This document shows positions 9,001 to 16,550 of a DNA stretch of 20,000 nucleotides, one piece after another. Both the position numbers and the translations under genes were made by a program. The DNA is from an uncultured virus (IMG/VR IMGVR_UViG_3300042975_000037) (lineage: Duplodnaviria; Heunggongvirae; Uroviricota; Caudoviricetes): IMG/VR virus record IMGVR_UViG_3300042975_000037. One strand, written 5' to 3'. The notes under the pieces are model-generated. The model was not told the origin of the DNA, did no database searches, and worked only from the letters and a program-made list of their open reading frames with translations. The first letter of the stretch is position 1. Each line of letters starts with the position of its first letter.

Positions 9001-11902
9001 CGAAAAAGGCGATACCGGAGCAACAGGTGCGTCGGGACAAACTTCTTACTTCCATATCAAGTACAGTAATTCCTCTGACGGCTCAAACATGAATGAAACC
9101 GGAGGCATGTACATCGGAACTTATGTTGACTTCACGCAAGCAGATTCAACAGATAAGACCAAATACACGTGGGTATTGGTTAAGGGTGCACAGGGCGTAC
9201 AAGGCAACCAAGGTATAGCAGGAGCGAATGGTTCGAATGGTCAGACATCGTATTTGCATATAGCTTACGCAGACAGCTCGGATGGCAAGACAAACTTCAA
9301 CCAGACATCGGGTACTTATATCGGCCAGTACGTTGATTTTACACAGGCGGATTCTACCGATTATACTAAGTATAATTGGACTTTAATAAAGGGAGAAAAG
9401 GGTAACACCGGAGCCACTGGTGCCACTGGTCCTACCGGTCCCAAGGGAGCCACTGGAGCGACAGGACCACAGGGACCAAAGGGAGATACGGGCAATGACG
9501 GTATAGCCGGCAAGGATGGGGTAGGCATCAAGTCTACAACCATCACCTATGCTGTATCGAACAGTGGAACGTCAGCGCCTACGAGTGGGTGGAGCCCGAG
9601 TGTACCTTCAGCCAGTCCCGGGCAGTATCTATGGACCAAGACCATTTGGGGGTATACTGACAATACGAATGAGACGGGTTATAGCGTAGCACGTTACGGC
9701 AGCAATGGTGCACAGGGCCCTAAGGGTAACACCGGAGCCACTGGTGCAACAGGTGCTACTGGCCCCAAGGGAGCCACTGGAGCGACAGGACCACAGGGAC
9801 CAAAGGGAGATACGGGCAATGACGGTATAGCCGGCAAGGATGGGGTAGGCATCAAGTCTACAACCATCACCTATGCTGTATCGAACAGTGGAACGTCAGC
9901 GCCTACGAGTGGGTGGAGCCCGAGTGTACCTTCAGCCAGTCCCGGGCAGTATCTATGGACCAAGACCATTTGGGGGTATACTGACAATACGAATGAGACG
10001 GGTTATAGCGTAGCACGTTACGGCAGCAATGGTGCACAGGGCCCTAAGGGTAACACCGGAGCCACTGGTGCAACAGGTGCTACTGGCCCCAAGGGAGCCA
10101 CTGGAGCGACAGGACCACAGGGACCAAAGGGAGATACGGGCAATGACGGTATAGCCGGCAAGGATGGGGTAGGCATCAAGTCTACAACCATCACCTATGC
10201 TGTATCGAACAGTGGAACGTCAGCGCCTACGAGTGGGTGGAGCCCGAGTGTACCTTCAGCCAGTCCCGGGCAGTATCTATGGACCAAGACCATTTGGGGG
10301 TATACTGACAATACGAATGAGACGGGTTATAGCGTAGCACGTTACGGCAGCAATGGTGCACAGGGCCCTAAGGGTAACACCGGAGCCACTGGTGCAACAG
10401 GTGCTACTGGCCCCAAGGGAGCCACTGGAGCGACAGGACCACAGGGACCAAAGGGAGATACGGGCAATGACGGTATAGCCGGCAAGGATGGGGTAGGCAT
10501 CAAGTCTACAACCATCACCTATGCTGTATCGAACAGTGGAACGTCAGCGCCTACGAGTGGGTGGAGCCCGAGTGTACCTTCAGCCAGTCCCGGGCAGTAT
10601 CTATGGACCAAGACCATTTGGGGGTATACTGACAATACGAATGAGACGGGTTATAGCGTAGCACGTTACGGCAGCAATGGTGCACAGGGCCCTAAGGGTA
10701 ACACCGGAGCCACTGGTGCAACAGGTGCTACTGGCCCCAAGGGAGCCACTGGAGCGACAGGACCACAGGGACCTACAGGCAATACTGGAGCTGCTGGACC
10801 GCAAGGACCACAGGGGCCACAGGGAACAGGTGTATCATCAGTTCGCAGATGGTACTACCTCGGCACTTCAGCACCGGGCAAACCTACAACTTCTACTCCT
10901 TCAAGTTCCTGGACTACTACTGAACCAGCATACGCAGCCGGGAAAGTACTTTATTATACTGACGAAGTTACTTATACTAATGGTAGTTTTGCTTACTCTA
11001 ATGTGGCCGTTTATTCCGCTTATACCGCAGCAACGACTGCGCAGGATAACCTTGCCAGAGGATTGGGCTATAGCAGCTACTCCGATATGTACTCGAAAGC
11101 TATAGCCAACGGCAATACTATCGTAAGCGGAGGATATGTCAGAACTTCTTTGTTAGATGTCAAGGCTATTGTCGCACAAGGATTACAGGCGCAGACCATA
11201 GATGCAAAGAATGCAACAATCAACAATCTCACTGTCAATAATGCCAATGTAACAGGAAAAGTAATGGCTACCAGTGGAAATATTGGTAAATGGAGCATAT
11301 CTGCAAAAGGCGGATTAGTTAATACTGATGGTAAAGCTTATCTATGTGCTCAGTATAAGGATTGTAGTTTGACAATATCTAATACTAGTGCACATCCTAT
11401 AATATATGGTGGTGATGCAATACAAATGCCTTCAAATACTGACTTTGTTTGTATAAAAAATGATGATCCGGCAGCTAATGCTTTACATGTAATAGGATCC
11501 AGTAGTTTTGACAACACTATGCGTATTGCCAAACCAGCATTTACTACGAAGTATATATCTAATTCTGATGGTGGTGGAAAGATTGGAACAGATGTAACTG
11601 CACAGCAAGATGGTACATCCGGAATATTTACATTCGGATTATGGCCTTCAGTTATAATTTGTAATAATGATAATACTGATATTGGATTATCACTTCCTGC
11701 AAATGTTGAAAACGGGCAGATGTGTATTATATATACTACTGGAAGGCAAATTTGGCTGTCCTCATGGGCTTCTGGAGGAATGAATTATTCTGATAGCTGG
11801 AAAAGATATAATGAATCAGTGCATGTAGCAAGTTATACATGCGTATTTTGTGTTTACTCTTCAGGAGCACAGAGGTGGACCTGCCGTGATACAAGGCAAT
11901 AA
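6029..11902 (+). CDS. Large tail tip / host-specificity protein with collagen-like repeats (~1957 aa)
   Basis: Baseplate-hub-like N-terminal region (by position), then a [19 protein letters not shown] motif and G-X-Y collagen runs alternating with Trp/Tyr/Thr-rich modules. Ends with a beta-spike-like [13 protein letters not shown]...ATSGNIG segment and an AT-rich C-terminal tip. ATG 6029 preferred over GTG 5897 because the -7 box lies between them. Confidence 0.88.
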   Translation: MDIYGIDDKVILSAILTKDAEHEEEMMKSDFVKLSWKSANKVRLPAGSYIVPFSDGLKYRLFKPYEPEQTDSATWKYEPQFQHPKMWLSKLPFTSTVPDTDNTTHEQLEWSYTGILTTLLQKVCDFINNLFGLSGDDKFTYTIVGNADTTVSLSCSNVDVLSALSSIASACKDYTCEWHLDWNNKALYFGQIAYNNGEGTTPVLKVGDNVEKTSVNRPSEGYYNVFRPQGSTKNMSKRLDTGENVSSSLRLELNKKDYPDGVIDMRTDPKEPKMELGLIFDDDYPHVDLYAYNVRKRTMYIKDTSTGKYMKDSAGNYILKTIWYMRLAYPTYDTDGKVTGWTDYVVDKKQVLAGYTLCGTFKANTHDGALASTLVGLPSNADGFEIKYHDGAETIYPNTTSGDSGMDVLLGDYEIMPVTAGNDSTFVPSNESDALIPRGESTPSLKGNIVVLYNIAMGDAEIASAQDDLKNDALKKIAQKRADQNNYTFSSDPTVFEKSNPGLYIGRTVTYNDNNGYTLSTRVLKLVTKLDHPYEQEITVGNQRINGPVTQLKEDVKTVLSGDWEGAGLNPTQVKNLISNYTSIRYLSKTTDDTAAGNIKFLKGLQIGDTFTSGSEGGVFRKDADGKTYIEVDKAYIRTKAIFDTLEIRKFEGASGNRIMSDAKMKCTRVENVTETDNSAAYRCYFKGSDGDDTISNDFVVGDLAFCKKQTAGSTHYFWRKVVAVGTAVNANNELYIDLSNVSGEYDTDSDAPLVQDDIIQLGNVSDSTRQGAIIEYTSGEDSPSYKIYQGIKTFSLAGCDILSMGYNSATGKACMRVYGEAYIGAKDKKSYIEFDGTAVKIVGDVSMSTVDDSGGNSTPIATAINNAQKNATDAKKAAGNAVTNTTSEYAQSDSATTAPTSGWSTTSPTWKQGYYIWVRTTIKYGDGTSNTLDPVVLTGNTGGIGPVGPTGPKGDTGATGPQGPKGNTGAQGIQGLQGLQGDKGDQGIKGEKGDTGATGASGQTSYFHIKYSNSSDGSNMNETGGMYIGTYVDFTQADSTDKTKYTWVLVKGAQGVQGNQGIAGANGSNGQTSYLHIAYADSSDGKTNFNQTSGTYIGQYVDFTQADSTDYTKYNWTLIKGEKGNTGATGATGPTGPKGATGATGPQGPKGDTGNDGIAGKDGVGIKSTTITYAVSNSGTSAPTSGWSPSVPSASPGQYLWTKTIWGYTDNTNETGYSVARYGSNGAQGPKGNTGATGATGATGPKGATGATGPQGPKGDTGNDGIAGKDGVGIKSTTITYAVSNSGTSAPTSGWSPSVPSASPGQYLWTKTIWGYTDNTNETGYSVARYGSNGAQGPKGNTGATGATGATGPKGATGATGPQGPKGDTGNDGIAGKDGVGIKSTTITYAVSNSGTSAPTSGWSPSVPSASPGQYLWTKTIWGYTDNTNETGYSVARYGSNGAQGPKGNTGATGATGATGPKGATGATGPQGPKGDTGNDGIAGKDGVGIKSTTITYAVSNSGTSAPTSGWSPSVPSASPGQYLWTKTIWGYTDNTNETGYSVARYGSNGAQGPKGNTGATGATGATGPKGATGATGPQGPTGNTGAAGPQGPQGPQGTGVSSVRRWYYLGTSAPGKPTTSTPSSSWTTTEPAYAAGKVLYYTDEVTYTNGSFAYSNVAVYSAYTAATTAQDNLARGLGYSSYSDMYSKAIANGNTIVSGGYVRTSLLDVKAIVAQGLQAQTIDAKNATINNLTVNNANVTGKVMATSGNIGKWSISAKGGLVNTDGKAYLCAQYKDCSLTISNTSAHPIIYGGDAIQMPSNTDFVCIKNDDPAANALHVIGSSSFDNTMRIAKPAFTTKYISNSDGGGKIGTDVTAQQDGTSGIFTFGLWPSVIICNNDNTDIGLSLPANVENGQMCIIYTTGRQIWLSSWASGGMNYSDSWKRYNESVHVASYTCVFCVYSSGAQRWTCRDTRQ
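9398..10773 (+). repeat. In-frame tandem repeat, 324-bp (108-aa) unit, about 4.2 copies
   Basis: GGGAGATACG recurs at 9481, 9805, 10129 and 10453. Copies look identical from 9440 to 10773; only the first-copy leader (9424-9439) differs. Confidence 0.97.
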
Positions 11903-11924
11903 TAATTTAAATAATATAATAATT

Positions 11925-12248
11925 ATGACAATAGATTTTACAAAAGTCCCAGTAGAGGACATTGAGGGGAAAACAGTTTATTTGGATATTACTATTATTC
12001 CTCAAGAAACGGAATCAGATAGGAAAGAAAATAAGATTCCAAGAAGTATTCTGCAAAATTTCTCAAATCATATATATTTTACAGCAAGAGATCAGGGGGA
12101 ACAGAATGTGGCAAAAAAGATGTTTGCAAATCAAGTAGAAGAATATTCAGAGGAAGAAGTTAGAATAATGAGGAAATATGTAAATACCTTCTTTATTGCC
12201 TTATGGTTAAGAAAAGGTATTTATAAAATTTTAGATAAAAAGAAATAA
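11925..12248 (+). CDS. Small phage protein following the tail gene (possible fibre chaperone), 107 aa
   Basis: ATG 11925 after an AT-rich spacer. MTIDFTKVPVEDIEG...EYSEEEVRIMRKY resembles genes commonly found after Bacteroidales tail fibres. The chaperone role is positional inference. Confidence 0.65.
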   Translation: MTIDFTKVPVEDIEGKTVYLDITIIPQETESDRKENKIPRSILQNFSNHIYFTARDQGEQNVAKKMFANQVEEYSEEEVRIMRKYVNTFFIALWLRKGIYKILDKKK

Positions 12249-12250
12249 AG

Positions 12251-12724
12251 ATGCGTGTACCTAAATCAGTAGTAAACATAGCTTCGAGTCTGATCACTCC
12301 GGTGGCCATAGCTTTCTTGCAAAACAGTATTACAGTCATGATACCGTGGTTGATCACGATGTTGACAGTCGTACTGGCTGACCTTGTGGCTGGTGTCAGA
12401 AAGGCTATGAAGATGGGAGTGCACGTATCATTCTCACGGGCTATCAGAGACACGATGGGAAAGCTGGTGGTATATGTCGCCTTTGTCTTTATGGTCTCGA
12501 TGATCGACACGGCAAGTGGCAGAGAGTTCTCAATAGCAAAGTGGAGCTGCCTGTTGGTGTGCCTCATTGAGGGTTGTTCGGTCATCAGCAACATTCTCAA
12601 ACCCCACGGGATCGACATATCACTGAGGACAATACTGGAGTTGTTTGTACAGAAAGTTTTGCATGTGACAAAAAGTGATTCAGAAACAATAATTAAAAAA
12701 TCAGATAATGAAAAAGATGTTTAG
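12251..12724 (+). CDS. Phage holin
   Basis: About three hydrophobic segments and DLVAGVRKA...SRAIRDTMGK...IEGCSVISN, like the toxin secretion/phage lysis holin type. First gene of the lysis cassette. Confidence 0.85.
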   Translation: MRVPKSVVNIASSLITPVAIAFLQNSITVMIPWLITMLTVVLADLVAGVRKAMKMGVHVSFSRAIRDTMGKLVVYVAFVFMVSMIDTASGREFSIAKWSCLLVCLIEGCSVISNILKPHGIDISLRTILELFVQKVLHVTKSDSETIIKKSDNEKDV

Positions 12725-13172
12725 TTTAATCATGATCGTATTCTCGGTTATGATTCTATCCGGATGTCGGACAACGAAGTACATACCCGTAAAGGAGGAG
12801 CGTACCGATACGGTGTATAAAGCCAAAAAGGACAGCATACACTGGATTACGTACCACAATATTGTTGACAGCATAAGGTGGAGAGACAGTGTAGTAAATA
12901 CCGTTGACAATTCTGGCCATGTCAAAAAGAGCGAGATCTGGCACAGAGTAGATCACTATCATGCTACTAATGACAGTGTGGATTTTTATAAGAATCTCTT
13001 GAATAAGGAAAGAGAAAATAAGATTGATTCTATCCCGGCACCATATCCGGTGATCAAAGAAAAGAAATACGTTCCGAAAATTTATAAGGCCTCTATGTGG
13101 TTTTCTGTAATTATTATCCTGTTGGCCGGAGGATATTTCGGATTAAAGATTTATAAGGCAAAGAAAATATGA
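12708..13172 (+). CDS. Unimolecular spanin-like lipoprotein
   Basis: N-terminal lipobox LSG-C, beta-rich middle, C-terminal TM helix (WFSVIIILLAGGYFGL) and basic tail: the u-spanin topology. Lies between holin and endolysin. Confidence 0.78.
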   Translation: MKKMFSLIMIVFSVMILSGCRTTKYIPVKEERTDTVYKAKKDSIHWITYHNIVDSIRWRDSVVNTVDNSGHVKKSEIWHRVDHYHATNDSVDFYKNLLNKERENKIDSIPAPYPVIKEKKYVPKIYKASMWFSVIIILLAGGYFGLKIYKAKKI

Positions 13173-13348
13173 AAAAATTATTAATGATTTTTGCAGTATT
13201 GATGCTATGCAGTTGCGCATCAATCAAACGGGTGGATTGGAAGCCAGTCTACCAAAAAGAACTGAAAGAAGGGAAAATCACACGTAGTGATTACAACTAC
13301 CTAATGCAAGGACAGAAAGAACTGAATAAAATGAATAAGGATAGATAA
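13169..13348 (+). CDS. 59-aa lipoprotein not in the ORF track
   Basis: MKKLLMIFAVLMLCSCASIKRVDWKPVYQKELKEGKITRSDYNYLMQGQKELNKMNKDR. ATGA overlap with the spanin stop and TAATG overlap with the endolysin start. LCS-C lipobox. Confidence 0.85.
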   Translation: MKKLLMIFAVLMLCSCASIKRVDWKPVYQKELKEGKITRSDYNYLMQGQKELNKMNKDR

Positions 13349-13881
13349 TGACAGAAGAACAGCTTAGAAAGATAGCTCCTCATGTAAGTGAGGAGAACAT
13401 AAAGATTTACACCCCTTTACTGAATAAGTGGATGCCGTACTACAGCATTAACACGAAGTTGAGGCAGGCAGCGTTCATAGCCCAAATTTTACACGAAACT
13501 GACTGCTTTAGGTATACCGAAGAAATAGCCTCAGGGGCAGCATACGACACTGGAAGGCTTGCTATCAAGCTCGGTAACACCCCTCAAAAGGATGGCGATG
13601 GGGAAAAGTACAAGGGCAAAGGTTGTATCATGATAACGGGGAAAGATAACTATGAGGCCGTGTCAAAAGGATTAGGAGTTGATTTCGTTGCTCACCCGGA
13701 ACTACTTAAAGAGCCTTGTTATGCAGTACAATCTGCCTGCTGGTGGTGGACCACCCACGGACTCAATGCTCTGGCTGATAAAAAAGATTTTAAGGCAATC
13801 ACTCGAAAAATCAACGGCGGGTACAACGGTTACCTCGACAGGGTGATGTACTACAGGAGAGCACTGACAACATTATCTTAA
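13348..13881 (+). CDS. Glycoside hydrolase family 19 endolysin
   Basis: AAFIAQILHET...TEE...LGN...GDG.KYKGKG.I.ITGKDNY...SACWWW...ITRKINGGYNG..DR motifs. Confidence 0.93.
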   Translation: MTEEQLRKIAPHVSEENIKIYTPLLNKWMPYYSINTKLRQAAFIAQILHETDCFRYTEEIASGAAYDTGRLAIKLGNTPQKDGDGEKYKGKGCIMITGKDNYEAVSKGLGVDFVAHPELLKEPCYAVQSACWWWTTHGLNALADKKDFKAITRKINGGYNGYLDRVMYYRRALTTLS

Positions 13882-13907
13882 AAGAGGGGTATCCTGTAAA
13901 TACCCCT
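13880..13907 (-). terminator. Intrinsic terminator of the small minus-strand ORF; may also end the lysis mRNA
   Basis: AGGGGTAT (13885-13892) / ATACCCCT (13900-13907) with a 7-nt loop. Followed by CUUUU on the minus strand. Confidence 0.75.
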
Positions 13908-13917
13908 AAAAGTAGTA

Positions 13918-14049
13918 TTAGACCGCTTTTCTTTCATCGACCAGGAAAGAGAAATATTTCCCCTTCTTCGGATAAATCCGATGGCCGTTCCTAATGATAT
14001 AGGTACAAAAGATGCGGACTTTCCCATTTTCTTCTTGCGAATTGTTCAT
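13918..14049 (-). CDS. 43-aa basic/aromatic small protein not in the ORF track
   Basis: MNNSQEENGKVRIFCTYIIRNGHRIYPKKGKYFSFLVDERKAV. Preceded by AGAAAGGAGGT and followed after 10 bp by a terminator. Confidence 0.8.
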   Translation of the reverse strand: MNNSQEENGKVRIFCTYIIRNGHRIYPKKGKYFSFLVDERKAV

Positions 14050-14119
14050 ACTACGCACCTCCTTTCTTTTTGCGCATCAACCTGTAATTGAATACGCTTC
14101 TTGCACTTAGATAAGCGCA

Positions 14120-14228
14120 ACAAAAAGCCCACGGCTTACAGGACCATGGGCATTGTTTCTTTTTGTGGAAACACAAGAGTGAAGGATGTTTGTTCGTCGA
14201 AAGGAGTATGCTTTTTGAACAATTCGCA
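14120..14228 (-). ncRNA. Putative ~110-nt leader/antisense-acting RNA ending in an intrinsic terminator
   Basis: Begins just after a -7-like box and ends in GCCCAUGGU-CCUGUAA-GCCGUGGGC-UUUUUGUU. G-U pairs favour the minus strand. The 5' end is complementary to the downstream SD and start codon. Confidence 0.65.
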
Positions 14229-14231
14229 CTG

Positions 14232-14239
14232 CGAAGGTA
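14232..14239 (-). promoter_or_regulatory. -7-like promoter box for the leader RNA / small ORF
   Basis: TACCTTCG(CA), one mismatch to TAnnTTTG. Predicted start near 14227 coincides with the 5' end of the long-range pairing. Confidence 0.55.
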
Positions 14240-14283
14240 TACAATTTAGTATATTGTTTAGTAATTTTTTAAGTTAAAAATTG

Positions 14284-14334
14284 ACAAATGTATGCTATAC
14301 GTATGCTATGTATATGTTATACGTATACATTTGT
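14284..14334. repeat. 11-bp-period direct repeats nested in a 10-bp inverted repeat
   Basis: ACAAATGTAT (14284-14293) / ATACATTTGT (14325-14334). Units GTATGCTATAC, GTATGCTATGT, ATATGTTATAC and GTATAC start at 14290, 14301, 14312 and 14323. Confidence 0.75.
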
Positions 14335-14367
14335 AAATATATCATACATCATTTTTAAAAATATTCG

Positions 14368-14411
14368 TATCTTTGTGACGCGTTTTTATAGTGTTAGATT
14401 AAAAAAGGGCG
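14368..14411 (+). ncRNA. Promoter plus sRNA-like motif, copy 1 (lacks the right hairpin arm)
   Basis: TATCTTTG at 14368-14375, then GTTTTTATAGTGTTAGATTAAA (14382-14403; 21/22 identical to 18009-18030), then AGGGCG. Confidence 0.5.
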
Positions 14412-14452
14412 CAAAAATATAAGTTTTAAAATTCAAATGTTAGCTGATTAAA

Positions 14453-15445
14453 CTAAAATGGTACCTCATTCGTGTCATTTGTTTTAATATAATCTGGCTT
14501 TTTAACATCAAAATGCCTATCAAGGATAGCAGAGTCTCCAATTTTCATCACTTCTGCATCAAGATAATGATTAATGATATGGTTTGTTATTAAGTCTATT
14601 ACTATATTTTGCTTAAAAGGAAATAAATATTTGGAATAATTACTTTTTATCTCTCTTGATACAGCACAATGAATATCACTCTGAGAAATATAATATTCTA
14701 TGGAACTATATGTTGTTGTTTTCTTGATACTAATATTTCGTTCCATCCATCCAGGATCATTCAGTTTACTGATAAGGTCATTTATCTTTAATTTTTGGCA
14801 GCATTTGAAGATCCAATAGAGTAGTATAATAATTAATAGGACGATAAATATAATGCCGATAATATTGTTATTTATACCCAGAACACCGTTTAAAGATGTC
14901 CTGACTGTCTTAAAACACATCGAAATCATAGCAATTAAGGAAAATATACTAACGCCCTTTCCTAAAGGTTTAACCGCAAAGTGTTTACGTATTTCTTCTT
15001 TGCTTTTATCATCGTCTTTCCTTCTTTTTGTAGAAAGTCTTTCTTTTAGTGATTGATTTTCATCTTCCAATATTTTGACTTTGCCTTCTAAAAAAGTTAT
15101 ATGTGTAGCCAACCTATCTTTTTCATCATAGACCGCTTTCACCTCAATGAGGGAATCAATTTCGTCTTTTTTCTTGGCGATGATAGCCATTGTATCTTTA
15201 TTCTGATTTGCAGGAACAATATCAGTAATAGGGGGGTGAGCCGTCTGATGTTCCTCTTTAAATTTATCATAGAGTTTCTTAACTTTATCAAATGTTTCAC
15301 TGTTATGCTTAGCTTCAAGCTTACCTTCTGCGTGGTCAGGATGATACTTCCTAAGCGCATTTAATAGTGCAGACAAAATCTCCTCGTCAGTAGCATTCTC
15401 CGACAAGTTTAGCTGCTCTATAATATCTTTTCTATTCTCCGCCAT
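14453..15445 (-). CDS. J-domain (DnaJ-like) membrane protein
   Basis: N-terminal LNLSENATDEEI...LRKYHPD...FDKVKKLYDKF with intact HPD, then a coiled coil, two hydrophobic helices and an unknown C-terminal domain. Confidence 0.8.
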   Translation of the reverse strand: MAENRKDIIEQLNLSENATDEEILSALLNALRKYHPDHAEGKLEAKHNSETFDKVKKLYDKFKEEHQTAHPPITDIVPANQNKDTMAIIAKKKDEIDSLIEVKAVYDEKDRLATHITFLEGKVKILEDENQSLKERLSTKRRKDDDKSKEEIRKHFAVKPLGKGVSIFSLIAMISMCFKTVRTSLNGVLGINNNIIGIIFIVLLIIILLYWIFKCCQKLKINDLISKLNDPGWMERNISIKKTTTYSSIEYYISQSDIHCAVSREIKSNYSKYLFPFKQNIVIDLITNHIINHYLDAEVMKIGDSAILDRHFDVKKPDYIKTNDTNEVPF

Positions 15446-15486
15446 ATCTGTTTCTTGTTGTCTCTAATCTTCTGAAAATAAATTGA

Positions 15487-16550
15487 AATGATTATCCTCA
15501 ATTAGGTGATTAATAATTTTGAGGTTTTCTCGATATTCCTTATCTTTGCATCAATTATCAAAACCTCGTCAAGATGAAACTGATAGAATTTTCAAAACGT
15601 TTCCCCGATGAAGCTTCCTGCGAAGAGTATCTCAAGAATCATCGGGAAAAAGTTGGTGTTGTCTGTAAGCGCTGCGGTGGTCATCAACAAATCTGGGATA
15701 AGTATAATAAATGTTGGATTTGCAAGAAGTGCGGTCACAAGACGACGTTAACGGCTGATACCGTAATGCATAACAGTAAATTACCATTAATGTATTGGTT
15801 CACTGCCATACACCTGCTGACCTCCACGCGGAAAACGTTCTCGGCCCTTGAAATGCAGCGCCAGTTGGGTCATAAGCGTTATCAGCCAATTTGGGAGATG
15901 ATGCATAAACTACGGTCGGTAATGGGGCAGCGCGATACCACATATCAATTGTCCGAGAGTATTGAGCTTGACGAAGCCTTCTTTTCCACGGAAAATTCAG
16001 ACGAGACAAAGAAACAGGAAAAGCGGAAGGCAGGCGCAGGAAGTCAGCGCAAGTCAAAAGTTCTGGTAATGATAGAAAGTAAAGCAGTTCCTGAGAATAA
16101 ACAGAAGAAAGGAAAGAAAGATCGCAAGTCAGGTCATATAAAAATGAAGGTCGTTCCTGATGTACAGGCCTGTACCGTTACCGAAGTCTCAAAGGTCGCA
16201 GTTGCAGCGGATTCCAGAATAATCACGGATGACTCCAGATCTCATACGAAACTCAAAGGTTATTTTAAAGAGGTATATCCCATAAAGACCCTTCCTGAGC
16301 AGGCATCGAAAATACTGCCGTGGGTTCACACTGCCATATCGAATGCAAAGTCACTTTTGCTTGATATGTATCATGGCATCAAAGACGAGTTCCTTCAGAG
16401 TTATCTGGATGAATTCTGCTGGAAGTTCAACCGCAGATCATTTGGTGACAGACTTTTTGACAGGCTACTTGTTGCGGCTATGTCCTATAGGCCGATGTTT
16501 CAGCACAGAATCTATGATTGAAGAAAATCACTCAGTTGAGGATAATCATA
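15487..16550 (+). mobile_element. IS1595-family insertion sequence A (1064 bp)
   Basis: TIRs ATGATTATCCTCAATTAGGTGATT (15488-15511) and the reverse complement of 16526-16549 (ATGATTATCCTCAACTGAGTGATT). 8-bp direct repeat TAAATTGA at 15479-15486 and 16551-16558. Internal promoter TTTG-N19-TATCTTTG (15518-15548). Confidence 0.93.
15574..16521 (+). CDS. IS1595-family transposase
   Basis: FPDEASC, Zn ribbon CKRC...CKKC, FSALEMQRQLG HTH, IELDEAFF, ITDD, LPWVH and LQSYLDEFCWKFNRR. Confidence 0.96.
   Translation: MKLIEFSKRFPDEASCEEYLKNHREKVGVVCKRCGGHQQIWDKYNKCWICKKCGHKTTLTADTVMHNSKLPLMYWFTAIHLLTSTRKTFSALEMQRQLGHKRYQPIWEMMHKLRSVMGQRDTTYQLSESIELDEAFFSTENSDETKKQEKRKAGAGSQRKSKVLVMIESKAVPENKQKKGKKDRKSGHIKMKVVPDVQACTVTEVSKVAVAADSRIITDDSRSHTKLKGYFKEVYPIKTLPEQASKILPWVHTAISNAKSLLLDMYHGIKDEFLQSYLDEFCWKFNRRSFGDRLFDRLLVAAMSYRPMFQHRIYD

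Larger units (their letters stand above)
1..13881 (+). mobile_element. Phage/prophage late region (tail morphogenesis plus lysis) of a Bacteroidales siphovirus; extends beyond the left edge
   Basis: Co-oriented, tightly packed TMP - Dit-like - large tail protein - holin - spanin - endolysin order. Bacteroidetes-type TAnnTTTG promoter boxes. The two IS elements to the right suggest an integrated prophage. Confidence 0.92.

Noticed and set aside
9398..10773. CRISPR array or DGR template/variable repeat pair
   Set aside because: Units are contiguous, in-frame and identical, with no spacers and no adenine-specific mismatches. No reverse transcriptase or cas gene lies in the window.
7670..11189. 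Other CCTGTAA/TTACAGG heptamers (7670, 8841, 11183)
   Set aside because: Inside coding sequence, with no evident enclosing stems; compatible with chance.
11850..11924. Upstream extension of the post-tail ORF
   Set aside because: Overlaps the tail gene end and reads through a low-complexity AT spacer; ATG 11925 preferred.
11000..12250. Invertible tail-fibre shufflon
   Set aside because: No recombinase, no inverted alternative C-termini and no flanking inverted crossover sites were seen.
14159..14179. Plus-strand GAAA-tetraloop hairpin suggesting a classical opposite-strand antitoxin RNA
   Set aside because: No plus-strand TAnnTTTG promoter was found upstream, and the neighbouring hairpins favour the minus strand. 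Not excluded without strand-specific RNA data.
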